In this document: in pieces, positions 20,523 to 29,878 of the stretch
How positions within the stretch are numbered: position 1 is the stretch's first letter
Layout: every line of letters starts with the position of its first letter
Assembly (NCBI GenBank): GCA_963794065.1
Contig: CAWCDA010000012.1
Location: 3,032 to 67,031 of the forward strand
Length of the DNA: 64,000 nt
From: an uncultured Actinomycetes bacterium
GTDB taxonomy: Bacteria > Actinomycetota > UBA4738 > HRBIN12
Direction: 5' to 3'
Position numbers and translations under genes: made by a program
Notes under the pieces: generated by a model
Seen by the model: the letters and a program-made list of their open reading frames with translations, nothing else
Databases searched by the model: none
Told to the model about the DNA's origin: nothing

Positions 20523-21477
20523 ACGCCAGGACGGCCGCCTCGACCTCCTCGGGTGACGAGGCGCCGTTGAGGTCGACCGTCCGCCCTTCGTCGAGGAACG
20601 TATCCACGATGCGGGGGTCGACATAGGAGGATCGCGCGACCGCCGCCGTGTTCCCGAGCTGTGCGGCGACCTCGCGCATCATGACTGTGACCGCGCGCTT
20701 CCCCTCGGCCGGGTCATGGCCCGCAAGGGTCGTCGCCGCCAACACGGTCGCGTGCCAAGTTCTGAAATCTTTCGCGGAGGCCGCGTCCCCGAGCCCGTCG
20801 CGGATGTAGTCGTTGACCTCGGCGCCGCGCACCGGTCGCCACGCGCCGTCGTCCCGCCAGGCCCACACCTCCGGCAGATCGTGCGCGCGGCGGAGCCCGC
20901 GAAGCAGGCGAGCCAACGCGGCGTCGCGGACCTGTACGTGTTGCTCGACGCCGGACTTCCCAGGGAAGCGGAGCTGCAGTTGTTCCCCGCTGATCCGGAG
21001 GTGATCGCGACGCAACGTCAAGAGACCGTGGGAGCCGTTGCGGCGCTGATACTCCTCGGAGCCGATGCGCAAGGCGCCGCGATCGAGCAGCCGCACAGCG
21101 CCCGCAAGCAGCCGGGGCTGCGGGTAGCCGCGTGTGCGCAGATCCGCCGAGACCTGATCTCGCAGGTCGGGGAGCGCGGCGCCGAACGCCTCGAGTCGCC
21201 GGAACTTCGCGCGGTCCCGTCGCTCACGCCAGACGTCGTGATAGCGATACTGCCGTCGACCGGCGGCGTCCGTGCCCGTAGCCTGCAGGTGGCCGTCGGG
21301 GTCGGCGCAGATCCACACGTTCTCCCAGGCGGGCGGGATCGCGAGCGCACGGATGCGCGCCAGCGTCGCCTCGTCCTCGATCCGCGCCCCGGATGCGTCA
21401 AGGTAGCTGAAGCCACGCCCGTGTCGTATGCGCGAGAGACCGGGGGCGTTCGGGTCCGAGCGGCGGAGGCGTGCCAT
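20506..21477 (-). CDS. Bacterial DNA topoisomerase IB
   Basis: AIPPAW, GRRQYRYH, LRIG, GKSG, KDFRTW, LGNTAAVARSSY (catalytic Tyr). Confidence 0.94.
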   Translation of the reverse strand: MARLRRSDPNAPGLSRIRHGRGFSYLDASGARIEDEATLARIRALAIPPAWENVWICADPDGHLQATGTDAAGRRQYRYHDVWRERRDRAKFRRLEAFGAALPDLRDQVSADLRTRGYPQPRLLAGAVRLLDRGALRIGSEEYQRRNGSHGLLTLRRDHLRISGEQLQLRFPGKSGVEQHVQVRDAALARLLRGLRRAHDLPEVWAWRDDGAWRPVRGAEVNDYIRDGLGDAASAKDFRTWHATVLAATTLAGHDPAEGKRAVTVMMREVAAQLGNTAAVARSSYVDPRIVDTFLDEGRTVDLNGASSPEEVEAAVLAFIGEH

Positions 21478-21521
21478 GCGCCCCTTCCTGGCCCGATCGA
21501 GGCGGGGTCAAACGTTTCGGG

Positions 21522-21547
21522 GCTTAGATCGTCCCCCGACGGGGTAG
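21522..21547 (+). promoter_or_regulatory. SigB/SigF-type promoter (variant -35)
   Basis: GCTT-N16-GGGTAG upstream of the nucleotidyltransferase operon. Confidence 0.55.
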
Positions 21548-21605
21548 CAGCGAGGCTCGAACACGGAGCCAGGAGGCTCGGTGTCCGGACCGAGGAGGAA
21601 CGCCC

Positions 21606-22286
21606 ATGACCTCGCAACACCCCGACGGATACGACTACGCCGACGAGGCGTGTCTGCTCCGCGCCCTCGACGAGGCGCAACGCGCCCTGATCGCGGGCGG
21701 CATCGACTTCCTCGTCATGGGCGGCCTGGCCTCGGCGGTGTGGGGACGTCCGCGCTGGACCCGCGACGTGGACCTGTTCGTGCGACCCGAGGACGCGGGC
21801 GAGGCCCTGGCGACGCTCACTGACGCGGGGTTCGAGACGTGGGTGCAACATCAGCATTGGCTCTCCAAAGCGAAGAAGCACGGCGTCGTCGTCGACATCA
21901 TCTCGCGCTCCCACAACGACATCCTGCTCGACGAGGAGATGCTTGCTCGGGCGGAGACCGCCACGTTCAAAGGACTGACGGTGCGGGTCCTGCCGGCCGA
22001 GGATCTGATCGTGATGAAGGCGGTGGCCGCGAGCGAGGACACGTTCCGCTACTGGTACGACGCGATCGGCGTGATCGGTCGCGCCGACCTCGACTGGGAC
22101 TACCTGATCGCACGCGCGCGCCCGGCCGGGGCTCGACGCGTCCTGTCCCTGTTGCTGTACGCGCAATCGGTCGACCTGCTCGTGCCCGCGCGCGCCGTCG
22201 CGCTGCTGGCCGGGCTCGTAGTGGAGCCCGGACGACGAGGCGACGAATCACCGCGCGCCCTCAGTGCACCGGCGGCATCGTGGTGA
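21606..22286 (+). CDS. Nucleotidyltransferase-family protein
   Basis: GGLASAVWG..R.TRDVDLFV, VDII, AEDLIVMK. Confidence 0.85.
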   Translation: MTSQHPDGYDYADEACLLRALDEAQRALIAGGIDFLVMGGLASAVWGRPRWTRDVDLFVRPEDAGEALATLTDAGFETWVQHQHWLSKAKKHGVVVDIISRSHNDILLDEEMLARAETATFKGLTVRVLPAEDLIVMKAVAASEDTFRYWYDAIGVIGRADLDWDYLIARARPAGARRVLSLLLYAQSVDLLVPARAVALLAGLVVEPGRRGDESPRALSAPAASW

Positions 22287-22537
22287 GCGAGCGCGAAACC
22301 GGCTATGACGAGGAGGCGCTCCGCCACGCGCTGGCGGTCGACCCCCGCGTCCTCGAGCCCGAATTGGTGGTGCGGATCGTCGGCGATCGCGTCGTCGTCA
22401 CCGGCGTGGTGCCGACGGAGGCGCGGCGCGCGGCCGTCGGCCAGGTCCTCGCCGAGCTCGTCGGTGACCTGCAGACGGACAACCGAACGGAGGTGGCGAG
22501 CTTCCAGCCGCCGCCGGGCGCGGAGCGGATCACGTGA
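22283..22537 (+). CDS. BON-domain protein
   Basis: ALAVDPRV..VVVTGVVPTEARR..DN; GTGA overlaps at both ends. Confidence 0.8.
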   Translation: MSERETGYDEEALRHALAVDPRVLEPELVVRIVGDRVVVTGVVPTEARRAAVGQVLAELVGDLQTDNRTEVASFQPPPGAERIT

Positions 22538-23301
22538 TCCGCGTCGCCGCCGTCGGCGATCTGCACGTCGGACTCGATTCGGCGGGCTCGATCGGCCCGA
22601 GTTTCGATGGGATCGCAGACCGCGCCGATCTGCTGCTGTTGGCGGGTGACCTGACGACGCACGGTAGCCCGGAGCAGGCGCGCGTGCTGACCCGCGAGGT
22701 CGCGGACGTGCCGATCCCGATCGTCGCTGTCCTCGGCAATCACGATCACCACGACGGCGACCCGGGGGCGGTGCGGCGCGAGCTCGAGCGCGGCGGCATC
22801 GTCGTTCTCGAGGGCGAAGCGTGGCACCTCGATGTGTCGGGCACGACGTTGGCGGTCGTCGGCACCAAGGGCTTCGGCGGTGGGTTCGTCGGTGCGTCGC
22901 TCGCCCCGTTCGGTGAGGTCGAGATGAAGGCCTTCGCCCACACGTCGATCGAGATGGCCACGGCGTTCGAGCGACTCCTGTCGGATGTTCGGGCTGATCT
23001 ACGGATCGGACTCCTGCACTACGCGCCGATCCGCGAAACGCTGTTCGGCGAGCCGCGGGAGATCTTCCCCTTCCTGGGGAGCTACCTGTTCGCGGAGGCG
23101 GTGGATCGGGCCGGGGCCGACCTCGTTGTGCACGGGCACGCCCACCGCGGGACCGAGTGGGGCCAGACGCCCGGTGGCGTCCCGGTGCGCAACGTGGCCA
23201 AGGCTGTGCTACGCCAGGCCTATCGCGTATATACCCTCGAGCCCGGTGACGTCAGTGCACGTCAGCGCGCCGCCGCGACGGGTCCAGACGGCGCTCGTTG
23301 A
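22534..23301 (+). CDS. Calcineurin-like metallophosphoesterase
   Basis: GDLH, AGDLT, LGNHD, LLHY, HGHAH. Confidence 0.93.
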   Translation: MIRVAAVGDLHVGLDSAGSIGPSFDGIADRADLLLLAGDLTTHGSPEQARVLTREVADVPIPIVAVLGNHDHHDGDPGAVRRELERGGIVVLEGEAWHLDVSGTTLAVVGTKGFGGGFVGASLAPFGEVEMKAFAHTSIEMATAFERLLSDVRADLRIGLLHYAPIRETLFGEPREIFPFLGSYLFAEAVDRAGADLVVHGHAHRGTEWGQTPGGVPVRNVAKAVLRQAYRVYTLEPGDVSARQRAAATGPDGAR

Positions 23302-23686
23302 TCCGATCCCCGCGTCCACGGAACCGCAGGCTCCACGTCCAGTGCAGGCGCGCCTCATCGGTCTCCCAGGATAGGAGGTCTCCGGCCTCGCCTCCGTGCA
23401 GGACGACGACGGTGCCGAGGTCGACGTCCGTAGGCCATACGTCCGTGCGGGTGATCCGGAGGCCCTCGATCCGCAGCCGTGACATCGGGGCGGCTCCGTC
23501 ACCTCGAAGGTCGCGGCCCATCGCGATCAGTCGGGAGCCACTGGATGTCACGTCCACGTCGATCGCGGTCGGGGAGGCGTGCACGAGGATCGAGCGGTGG
23601 CGCGCCTCGATGCGCGCCTGTGCGAACTCTAGGCCTGTGGCGCCCCCGTCGGAGGTTCGGATCGTCCAGACCATATCGAGCTCCAT
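23252..23686 (-). CDS. Hypothetical beta-rich protein
   Basis: AGGAGG RBS; own SigF-type promoter; WP..D.GTVVVLHGGEAG.L.SW motif. Confidence 0.7.
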   Translation of the reverse strand: MELDMVWTIRTSDGGATGLEFAQARIEARHRSILVHASPTAIDVDVTSSGSRLIAMGRDLRGDGAAPMSRLRIEGLRITRTDVWPTDVDLGTVVVLHGGEAGDLLSWETDEARLHWTWSLRFRGRGDRINERRLDPSRRRADVH

Positions 23687-23751
23687 CGGATCCCTCCTCG
23701 TCGGCCGGGCGACCGGGCGGTCGCCGCGATCGGACCGGTGACGAGAGGCCC

Positions 23752-23815
23752 GTACCCAGCGGGCGGGCACGCGAACCGAGCCGCGAGGTGGTTCGAGCGG
23801 CCCCCGAGCGGGTAC
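23752..23815. promoter_or_regulatory. Back-to-back SigB/SigF-type promoters
   Basis: Minus GTTC-N15-GGGTAC (23776-23752); plus GTTC-N15-GGGTAC (23791-23815), ATG 9 nt downstream. Confidence 0.75.
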
Positions 23816-23824
23816 GACGCGGCG

Positions 23825-24106
23825 ATGTCATCGACACGGAGTAGCCGGAGGACCCGCCGTCGCGTCACGCTGTCGCCCGAGGAGGTGCAACGCTTCCTCG
23901 CCTCGGACACCGGGCGCACGATGCGCCGCGCGGCCGCCGCCGGAGTGGTGATCGGGGTGCCGCTGCTGATGCGGGTCCCCGTCCTGCGCCGACATCCGCT
24001 GCTGCGCTGGCTCGAGCTGCTCGGAGGCATGGCGTTGATCGTGAAGCTTGCGGAAGCCCTGCGTGATTGGGAGCCGAGGACGCCGATCCGCCTCGACGTC
24101 GAGTGA
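23825..24106 (+). CDS. Small hypothetical membrane-associated protein
   Basis: Start at leaderless position; two moderately hydrophobic segments. Confidence 0.65.
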   Translation: MSSTRSSRRTRRRVTLSPEEVQRFLASDTGRTMRRAAAAGVVIGVPLLMRVPVLRRHPLLRWLELLGGMALIVKLAEALRDWEPRTPIRLDVE

Positions 24107-24132
24107 GTTTCGCGCGCCGATCCTCCGGGAAT
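24107..24132 (+). promoter_or_regulatory. SigB/SigF-type promoter
   Basis: GTTT-N16-GGGAAT upstream of the PRC-barrel gene. Confidence 0.72.
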
Positions 24133-24183
24133 GATGCTGGCGCACAGTCCTGGAAACAGAAACGCACGAAAGGAGGAACGTTC

Positions 24184-24519
24184 ATGACCGACGTCTGGAC
24201 GTATCGGACCGGGTTGGGCGACACGACCGACCTCGAGGGGTTCGACGTGCACGCGACCGACGGCGACATCGGCTCGATCGACGAGGCGACGTACGACGTG
24301 GGGGCTTCCTACATCGTCGTCGACACCGGGCCGTGGATCTTCGGCAAGAAGGTGTTGATCCCGGCGGGCGCGATCAGCCGCGTCGATCTGGAGAACCGGG
24401 AGGTGTGGCTCAACCTCACGAAGGATCGGATCAAGGGCTCACCCGAATTCGATGCATCGATCTACCGCGACACGACGTACCGCAACGACATCTCGTCGTA
24501 CTACGGTCCGTTCGAATAA
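24184..24519 (+). CDS. PRC-barrel domain protein
   Basis: GFDVHATDGDIGSIDE, YIVVDTGPWIFGKKVLIPAG; AAGGAGG RBS. Confidence 0.92.
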   Translation: MTDVWTYRTGLGDTTDLEGFDVHATDGDIGSIDEATYDVGASYIVVDTGPWIFGKKVLIPAGAISRVDLENREVWLNLTKDRIKGSPEFDASIYRDTTYRNDISSYYGPFE

Positions 24520-24577
24520 ATCACGAACGGTTGCGCGTTGAGGGTCCTCCGCATCAGTGGAGGGCCCTCGGCGCGTT

Positions 24578-24898
24578 TCAGGCCCCGGCGTCGGGACCTT
24601 CGATGCGGATCGCCGGACGGGTCGCCTCGAGCGCCACGAGATCGAAGACCCGTTGCACGGCGGGAGCCACGTTGCGCAACACGAGCACGTCGTCCGGGGG
24701 CAATCGATCGGCTAACACGAGGAGCGCTCGGACCCCGCTGCTATCGATGAATGCAAGCTCGTCGAGCTCCAGCACGACGTCGCCGGTCCCGCTGAGGTCA
24801 CCGATCCCGGTCAGGAAGTTGTCCGTCTCGGCGACGTCGAGCTCCCCTTCGAGCCGGAACGTGCGTGGTTGCCCTTCCTCGATGGAGAACGTCATCAA
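24578..24898 (-). CDS. STAS-domain anti-anti-sigma factor
   Basis: LEGELD, LAFIDSSGVRAL. Confidence 0.88.
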   Translation of the reverse strand: MMTFSIEEGQPRTFRLEGELDVAETDNFLTGIGDLSGTGDVVLELDELAFIDSSGVRALLVLADRLPPDDVLVLRNVAPAVQRVFDLVALEATRPAIRIEGPDAGA

Positions 24899-24946
24899 CC
24901 GTGCCCTTCAACCTTCGCACTGCGACGTGTGGTGCGTGCGGCCACC

Positions 24947-27900
24947 CTACGTGACCGCGCTCGCACCGTCGACGCCGCGGATGTCCACAGAGGCCCCTGC
25001 GCGACCGGGCCCGATCGCGCGCTGCATGCGCACGGTGGTCCCTTCGCTGGACCGTTCGATCGTGATCGTGTCCATGCAGGCGCGGATCAGCAGCAGCCCG
25101 TGGCCGCGATCGGGCTCGCTGGGCTCGTCGCGCCACACCCCACGGTCGCGAACCTCGACGGTCAGCGACGACGGGCCGGTCCACACGTCGACCCCCACAC
25201 GGTGCTGGCCTCGCCGTCCGTGCTCGATCGCGTTCGCGACGGCTTCGTTCGTCGCCAGGATGATCGGTTCGATCTCCGACTCGTCGAGCTTGCTGCGCCG
25301 CAGCCATCCGCCGAGCTGGGCGCGAAGGCCCGAGAGCTCCGCTGGGTCCGATTCGAGGATCGCGGAAAAGCGATCCGCCGCGACCGCCGAGCGGCACACG
25401 CACAGCAGCGCGACGTCATCATCCTGCTCCGTGCCGTCCAACATGCGCAGGACGATCTCGTCGGCGCGGGTCTCGAGGTCGAGCGCGGCCGTCGCGGCCA
25501 GCGCCCGGCCGAGCCGCTGGATGCCCCGGTCGATCAGTTCGCCTCGCCGCTCCACGAGACCATCGGTATAGAGCGCCAACGTGGCCCCGACGGCAAGGTT
25601 GACGCTGGCCTGCGTGCGGACGCCGGTCGCGCCCGCCGCGAGCAACGGCGAGCGCCCATCCTCGAGGACGTCGACCTTCCCGCCTGTCTCCACGAGCGGT
25701 GGCGGATGTCCCGCGATGCAGTACCGGAACTCGCCCGTGTCCGCGTCCAGCTCGCCGTACACCACCGTCGACATGGCAGCGTTCGGTGTTCGTTCCGCGA
25801 ACGCCTCGAGCCCGTCGATCACCGCGGCGGGACCGAGATCCTGCAGCGCGAGGGCTCGGAGGGCGCTTCTGAGCTGGCCCATTGCCGCCGCGGCCTCGAG
25901 CCCGCGGCCGACAACGTCGCCGATCGCGACCGCAAGCCGATGCGGTGTCAGCGCGATCACCTCATACCAATCCCCGCCGACCTCGAGATGCTCCGCGCCT
26001 GGCTGATACCGCGCCGCGACGCTGAAGGCGGGCGTCTGGGTGAGATCCCGCGGTAAGAGGCTGCGCTGCAGGACGCTTGCGACCTCCTGCTCCTGGCCGA
26101 ACAGACGCGCGCGGTCCATCGCCTGTGATGCCTGCGAGACCAACGTCGCGAGGGCGCCCTGCAGCTCTTCGCCCGGGCCGGGTGGCTCGAACGCCAGATG
26201 GGCGAAGCCGATCGCGCCTGACTCGTTCAGCAGCGGGACGGTCAGCCACACCGTGGGGTCGAGGGCCCCGTCATCGATCGTCTTGGGGTAGCGCCGACGC
26301 GCGTCCTCGACATCGCGGATCCACACATTGCCGCGCGACGCGATCGCGTCGTCGCCCGGCCATCGGATGCTCAGCTCGATGCAGCGCTCCGCGTCGAGCG
26401 GATCGGGCGGGCCCGAGCGCCGCAAGACTCGCTGCGAGCCCTCCGGATCCACGACGCCGACCGTCGCGGAGCGTGCCTGCAGGAGGCGGGCCCCCACCCC
26501 GACCAGGACGTCGGCGACCTCGGTCGTGCTCGTCGCGGCGGCGAAGGCGGCCGCCACCCCCTGCAATCGCAGGGCGCGGTCGGCGAGTTCGCGCTCCGAC
26601 TCGAACAGACGGGCGCGCTCGAAGGCTTGTGCGGCGTGCTGGCCCATCGTCGTCGCCAGCTGGCGTTCTTCGCGCTGCATCGCGTGCTCCCGGCGAAAGA
26701 GCAGGCCGAGCACGCCGAGCACGGTCTCGCCCTCCGTCACGAGTGGCACCGCGAGCACCGATCCTGTCTGCTGGTGGTAGCCAGGCGGCGCATCCGCGTA
26801 GCGGCGACGCCACTCCACACGCGTCGGGATCCACACGGTGCGACCGGTGCGGAACGCCTCGGCGACCGCGAGTGGCGCGTCGAGCTCGATGCGGTCGGCG
26901 CCGTCCCACACACCCTCGCTCTTGCCTTGCCGGGCGATCGGTAGCAGGACGGGACCCACCGGCACGAACAACGCCACGCTCGTCGAACCCAATGACTGCA
27001 TCACCTGGGTCGTGATCGTGTCGGCGACCTCGTCGGCGCGGAGGCGTGGGGTCAGCGCCGCCGTCACACTCTGCAGGCGCCCGAGTCGGGACATCGCCCG
27101 TTCCAGCGCGCCCCGGGTCGTGAGTTCTGCCTCGTAGGCCCGAGCCCGTTCCAGCGCCTGGGCGAACATGCCGGTGATGGCGTCGAGCAGGTCCCATTCC
27201 GGCTCATCCAGGCGACGCGGCTGGGTGTAGTTGATCGCCACGATCGCGACCGGCTCGTCGTGCACCATCACCGGCAAGACGACGCTCGCCTGGACCCCCA
27301 GCTCCTCGGCCACCTTGACGCGCTCCGGGTATCGGTCGCGGACCTCGTCCCGTGAGGTCAGTTCGACGGGCGCCCCGCGCGCGATGGCGTCCGCGACGGG
27401 GCCGCCGGCGGCCGCGATGCGGGCGAGACCTTCCGACGCCGCCGCGGGGTATCCGCGGGAGGCCAGCATCACGATGTCCGGTCCCTCGATCGTGCCGATG
27501 TAGCCCATCGTCGCACCGAGCAATCCGAGGCTCTCCAGGAGGGTTTCGGCCATCTCGCTCATCGTCCGGTCGCGTGCGAGCCCCGCAGAGATCGACTGGA
27601 GGGCCCGTTCGCGCACGAGCGCCCGTTCGAGCTCGCTGAGGTGCCGGGCGCGTTCCAGCGCGACACCGGACTGCCGGGCGATGGTCGCCAGCATCTCGAG
27701 CTCGTCCGCATCGAACGCGCGTTGCTCGGCGCGCATCACGTTGAGCACACCCTGCGTGCCCCCTCGCCCGGGGATCGGGATGAAGGCCGCGGCGTGGTAC
27801 GGGAGCGATCGGATGCGCTCGCCGCGGTCCGGGAAACGCTCGATCATCTCGTCCTGTGAACCGAACACCCCCGACTCGCCGGAGTGCACGACCGCTTCGA

Positions 27901-28126
27901 GGAACCCGTCTCGATCCTCGATCGGAGAGCGGAGGGCCGGCATCATCTCGGACGGGTAGCCGGAGACCGCGCCGATGATCATCGTGCCGTCCTCGATCAG
28001 CACCACGGCGCCCGCCGACACATCGACTGACGCCATCGCCCCGGCGCAGGCGATGTCGGCGATCTCCCCGTCGGAGGAGGCCGCGGCAAGCGCACCCGTG
28101 ATGGCTTGCAACGCGCGGGTGTCCAT
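24947..28126 (-). CDS. Multi-GAF SpoIIE/PP2C phosphatase with C-terminal HATPase_c (partner-switching sensor)
   Basis: About four GAF repeats ending ALERAR; LQRSLLP, VGGDWY, GDVVGRG, YTDGLVE, DDVA; NEAVANAIEH, GHGL. Confidence 0.92.
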   Translation of the reverse strand: MDTRALQAITGALAAASSDGEIADIACAGAMASVDVSAGAVVLIEDGTMIIGAVSGYPSEMMPALRSPIEDRDGFLEAVVHSGESGVFGSQDEMIERFPDRGERIRSLPYHAAAFIPIPGRGGTQGVLNVMRAEQRAFDADELEMLATIARQSGVALERARHLSELERALVRERALQSISAGLARDRTMSEMAETLLESLGLLGATMGYIGTIEGPDIVMLASRGYPAAASEGLARIAAAGGPVADAIARGAPVELTSRDEVRDRYPERVKVAEELGVQASVVLPVMVHDEPVAIVAINYTQPRRLDEPEWDLLDAITGMFAQALERARAYEAELTTRGALERAMSRLGRLQSVTAALTPRLRADEVADTITTQVMQSLGSTSVALFVPVGPVLLPIARQGKSEGVWDGADRIELDAPLAVAEAFRTGRTVWIPTRVEWRRRYADAPPGYHQQTGSVLAVPLVTEGETVLGVLGLLFRREHAMQREERQLATTMGQHAAQAFERARLFESERELADRALRLQGVAAAFAAATSTTEVADVLVGVGARLLQARSATVGVVDPEGSQRVLRRSGPPDPLDAERCIELSIRWPGDDAIASRGNVWIRDVEDARRRYPKTIDDGALDPTVWLTVPLLNESGAIGFAHLAFEPPGPGEELQGALATLVSQASQAMDRARLFGQEQEVASVLQRSLLPRDLTQTPAFSVAARYQPGAEHLEVGGDWYEVIALTPHRLAVAIGDVVGRGLEAAAAMGQLRSALRALALQDLGPAAVIDGLEAFAERTPNAAMSTVVYGELDADTGEFRYCIAGHPPPLVETGGKVDVLEDGRSPLLAAGATGVRTQASVNLAVGATLALYTDGLVERRGELIDRGIQRLGRALAATAALDLETRADEIVLRMLDGTEQDDDVALLCVCRSAVAADRFSAILESDPAELSGLRAQLGGWLRRSKLDESEIEPIILATNEAVANAIEHGRRGQHRVGVDVWTGPSSLTVEVRDRGVWRDEPSEPDRGHGLLLIRACMDTITIERSSEGTTVRMQRAIGPGRAGASVDIRGVDGASAVT

Positions 28127-28218
28127 CGGTCCATCCTGCGGCAGCGCCCCCGGCTGCGGCAAGCCGTGCATGCCGCACGACGCGACTGGGTACACACGTT
28201 CGGCGGCGTGAGAGTCAC

Positions 28219-28788
28219 GTGGCGAGGAACGGGAGGTCCGGGCGCATGTTCGACACAGCGACGGGAATCACAGAAGGCATCCGGGACGAGCGCGCAGCGT
28301 TGCGCGAGCGTTCGATGGATTGGCGGCAACGGCGGCTCCAGCACAAGGTGGACGCGCTGCACGGGGAACTCGACCGCGAGCGCGAGGCTCGCCGTGCGCT
28401 CGCGGACGCGATGAGCAGCAGCGTTGGCCGTACGAAGCGGAGCCGCGGTTTCCTGCGGCTGCTGCTGATCGGGGGCGGCGCCTACATCTTGGGCACCCGC
28501 GCAGGCCGCGAGCGGTACGACCAGATGATCGGATGGTTCCGAGGCACGCGCGATCGCGCCGTGACGACCGCCAAGGACGTGCAGGGCGACGCGGTTCAGG
28601 CTGCGGGCCAGGTTCGCGACGTGGCGAAGGACACCGCGCGCTCGATGGGCGATGAGATGAAGAAGACTGCGGCGCAGGTTCGGGATGACACGTCGAGGGG
28701 CGCGCGCGCGATGGGCGAGGACACGGGTGAGGCCGTGCAACGGCTCCGTCGAGAGTTGGCCCCCTCCCCGGACGTAGCGGATGTGTAA
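28219..28788 (+). CDS. YtxH-like/LEA-like stress protein
   Basis: Coiled coil, GAYILGTRAGRERY, repetitive QVRD helical tail. Confidence 0.65.
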   Translation: MARNGRSGRMFDTATGITEGIRDERAALRERSMDWRQRRLQHKVDALHGELDREREARRALADAMSSSVGRTKRSRGFLRLLLIGGGAYILGTRAGRERYDQMIGWFRGTRDRAVTTAKDVQGDAVQAAGQVRDVAKDTARSMGDEMKKTAAQVRDDTSRGARAMGEDTGEAVQRLRRELAPSPDVADV

Positions 28789-28854
28789 TGCCGTCTTCGG
28801 GCGGGAAGGCATGACGCCGACGACGTGGATCGAGCGTCGAAGGAGGTAATTGAT

Positions 28855-29466
28855 ATGCGAGCAGACACGATGTATGGGGACACAACCGATCGGATGCCGT
28901 CGGCGTTGTTGAAGTGGAGCGCCGTGTTCGGAGGGTTGGTCCTGGGGCTGGCGATGCTGTTGCTATTGTCGGCGATGTGGCTCGCGCTCGCCTACGGTTC
29001 CGAGGTGAGCGCCATCCGGGACAACCTGCGGTGGTACATCGGGATCTCGGCCGTGGCGTCCTTGTTCGTCGCGGGGATCCTCACGGGATACTTGTCGGGG
29101 GTTCGCGGGGTCGGACCGGGCATGCTGCACGGCTTCACGTTGTGGGGTCTGTTGATGCTGGTCGCCGTAACAGTTGGCGTCCCGTCGCTGCTGAACGTGT
29201 TCGGCCTGCAGGGACTCGCCGATCAAGCGACCTCCGCAACCAGGCTCGTCGACTCCGGCAGCGACGGAACCCTCTGGGTGACGTTCTGGACGTTGCTCGG
29301 CGGGTTCATCGCCGCGGGCATCGGCGGGATGATCGGTGGCGCGTTCACCCGTGCGGAGGCCACCGAGCCCCCGGTCGTGGTGCGCAACACGCCCACCAGG
29401 ACGGCGACGCCGGCTCGTGCCGACGAGCGGGTATTCGTGGACGACGACGCGACCACGCGCTCGTAA
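28855..29466 (+). CDS. Four-TM hypothetical membrane protein
   Basis: WSAVFGG, GMLHGFTLWG; AAGGAGG RBS. Confidence 0.8.
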   Translation: MRADTMYGDTTDRMPSALLKWSAVFGGLVLGLAMLLLLSAMWLALAYGSEVSAIRDNLRWYIGISAVASLFVAGILTGYLSGVRGVGPGMLHGFTLWGLLMLVAVTVGVPSLLNVFGLQGLADQATSATRLVDSGSDGTLWVTFWTLLGGFIAAGIGGMIGGAFTRAEATEPPVVVRNTPTRTATPARADERVFVDDDATTRS

Positions 29467-29547
29467 AGACGTGGGGGCCGAGCGGGCGGCGAGGCGTTCC
29501 TTCGCCGACCGTTCGGCCCCACGCCAACCGATCGACAGAGGAGGGCA

Positions 29548-29742
29548 ATGATGGGCGAAAAGATCGACAAGACGAAGGGTCACGCCAAGGAGGCCGTCGG
29601 GGATCTCACCGGCGACAAGGACCTGGAGCGTGAAGGCAAGATTGATCAGGCCGGCGGCGCCATCAAGGGCGCCGCGGAGCGAGCCAAGGACAAGGTGGAC
29701 GAGAACGTCGACGCTGCGAAGCGCCACGCGAACGATCACTGA
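29548..29742 (+). CDS. csbD: CsbD-family general stress protein
   Basis: KGHAKEAVGDLTGDKDLEREGKIDQ. Confidence 0.92.
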   Translation: MMGEKIDKTKGHAKEAVGDLTGDKDLEREGKIDQAGGAIKGAAERAKDKVDENVDAAKRHANDH

Positions 29743-29759
29743 ACCACGACGTCGCGCCG

Positions 29760-29793
29760 CCGAAGAGCCCGGCCGGAGGCCCGGGCTCTTCGG
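29760..29793. terminator. 13-bp hairpin after csbD
   Basis: CCGAAGAGCCCGG-N8-CCGGGCTCTTCGG perfect inverted repeat. Confidence 0.75.
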
Positions 29794-29878
29794 TGTCCGT
29801 GCGCCGCACGGCACCTGAGCAGAGGCCGGGCCAGTCGGCGAGGTTGCGCACCAGTGACCGCCGAAGGAGTATCGCCGG

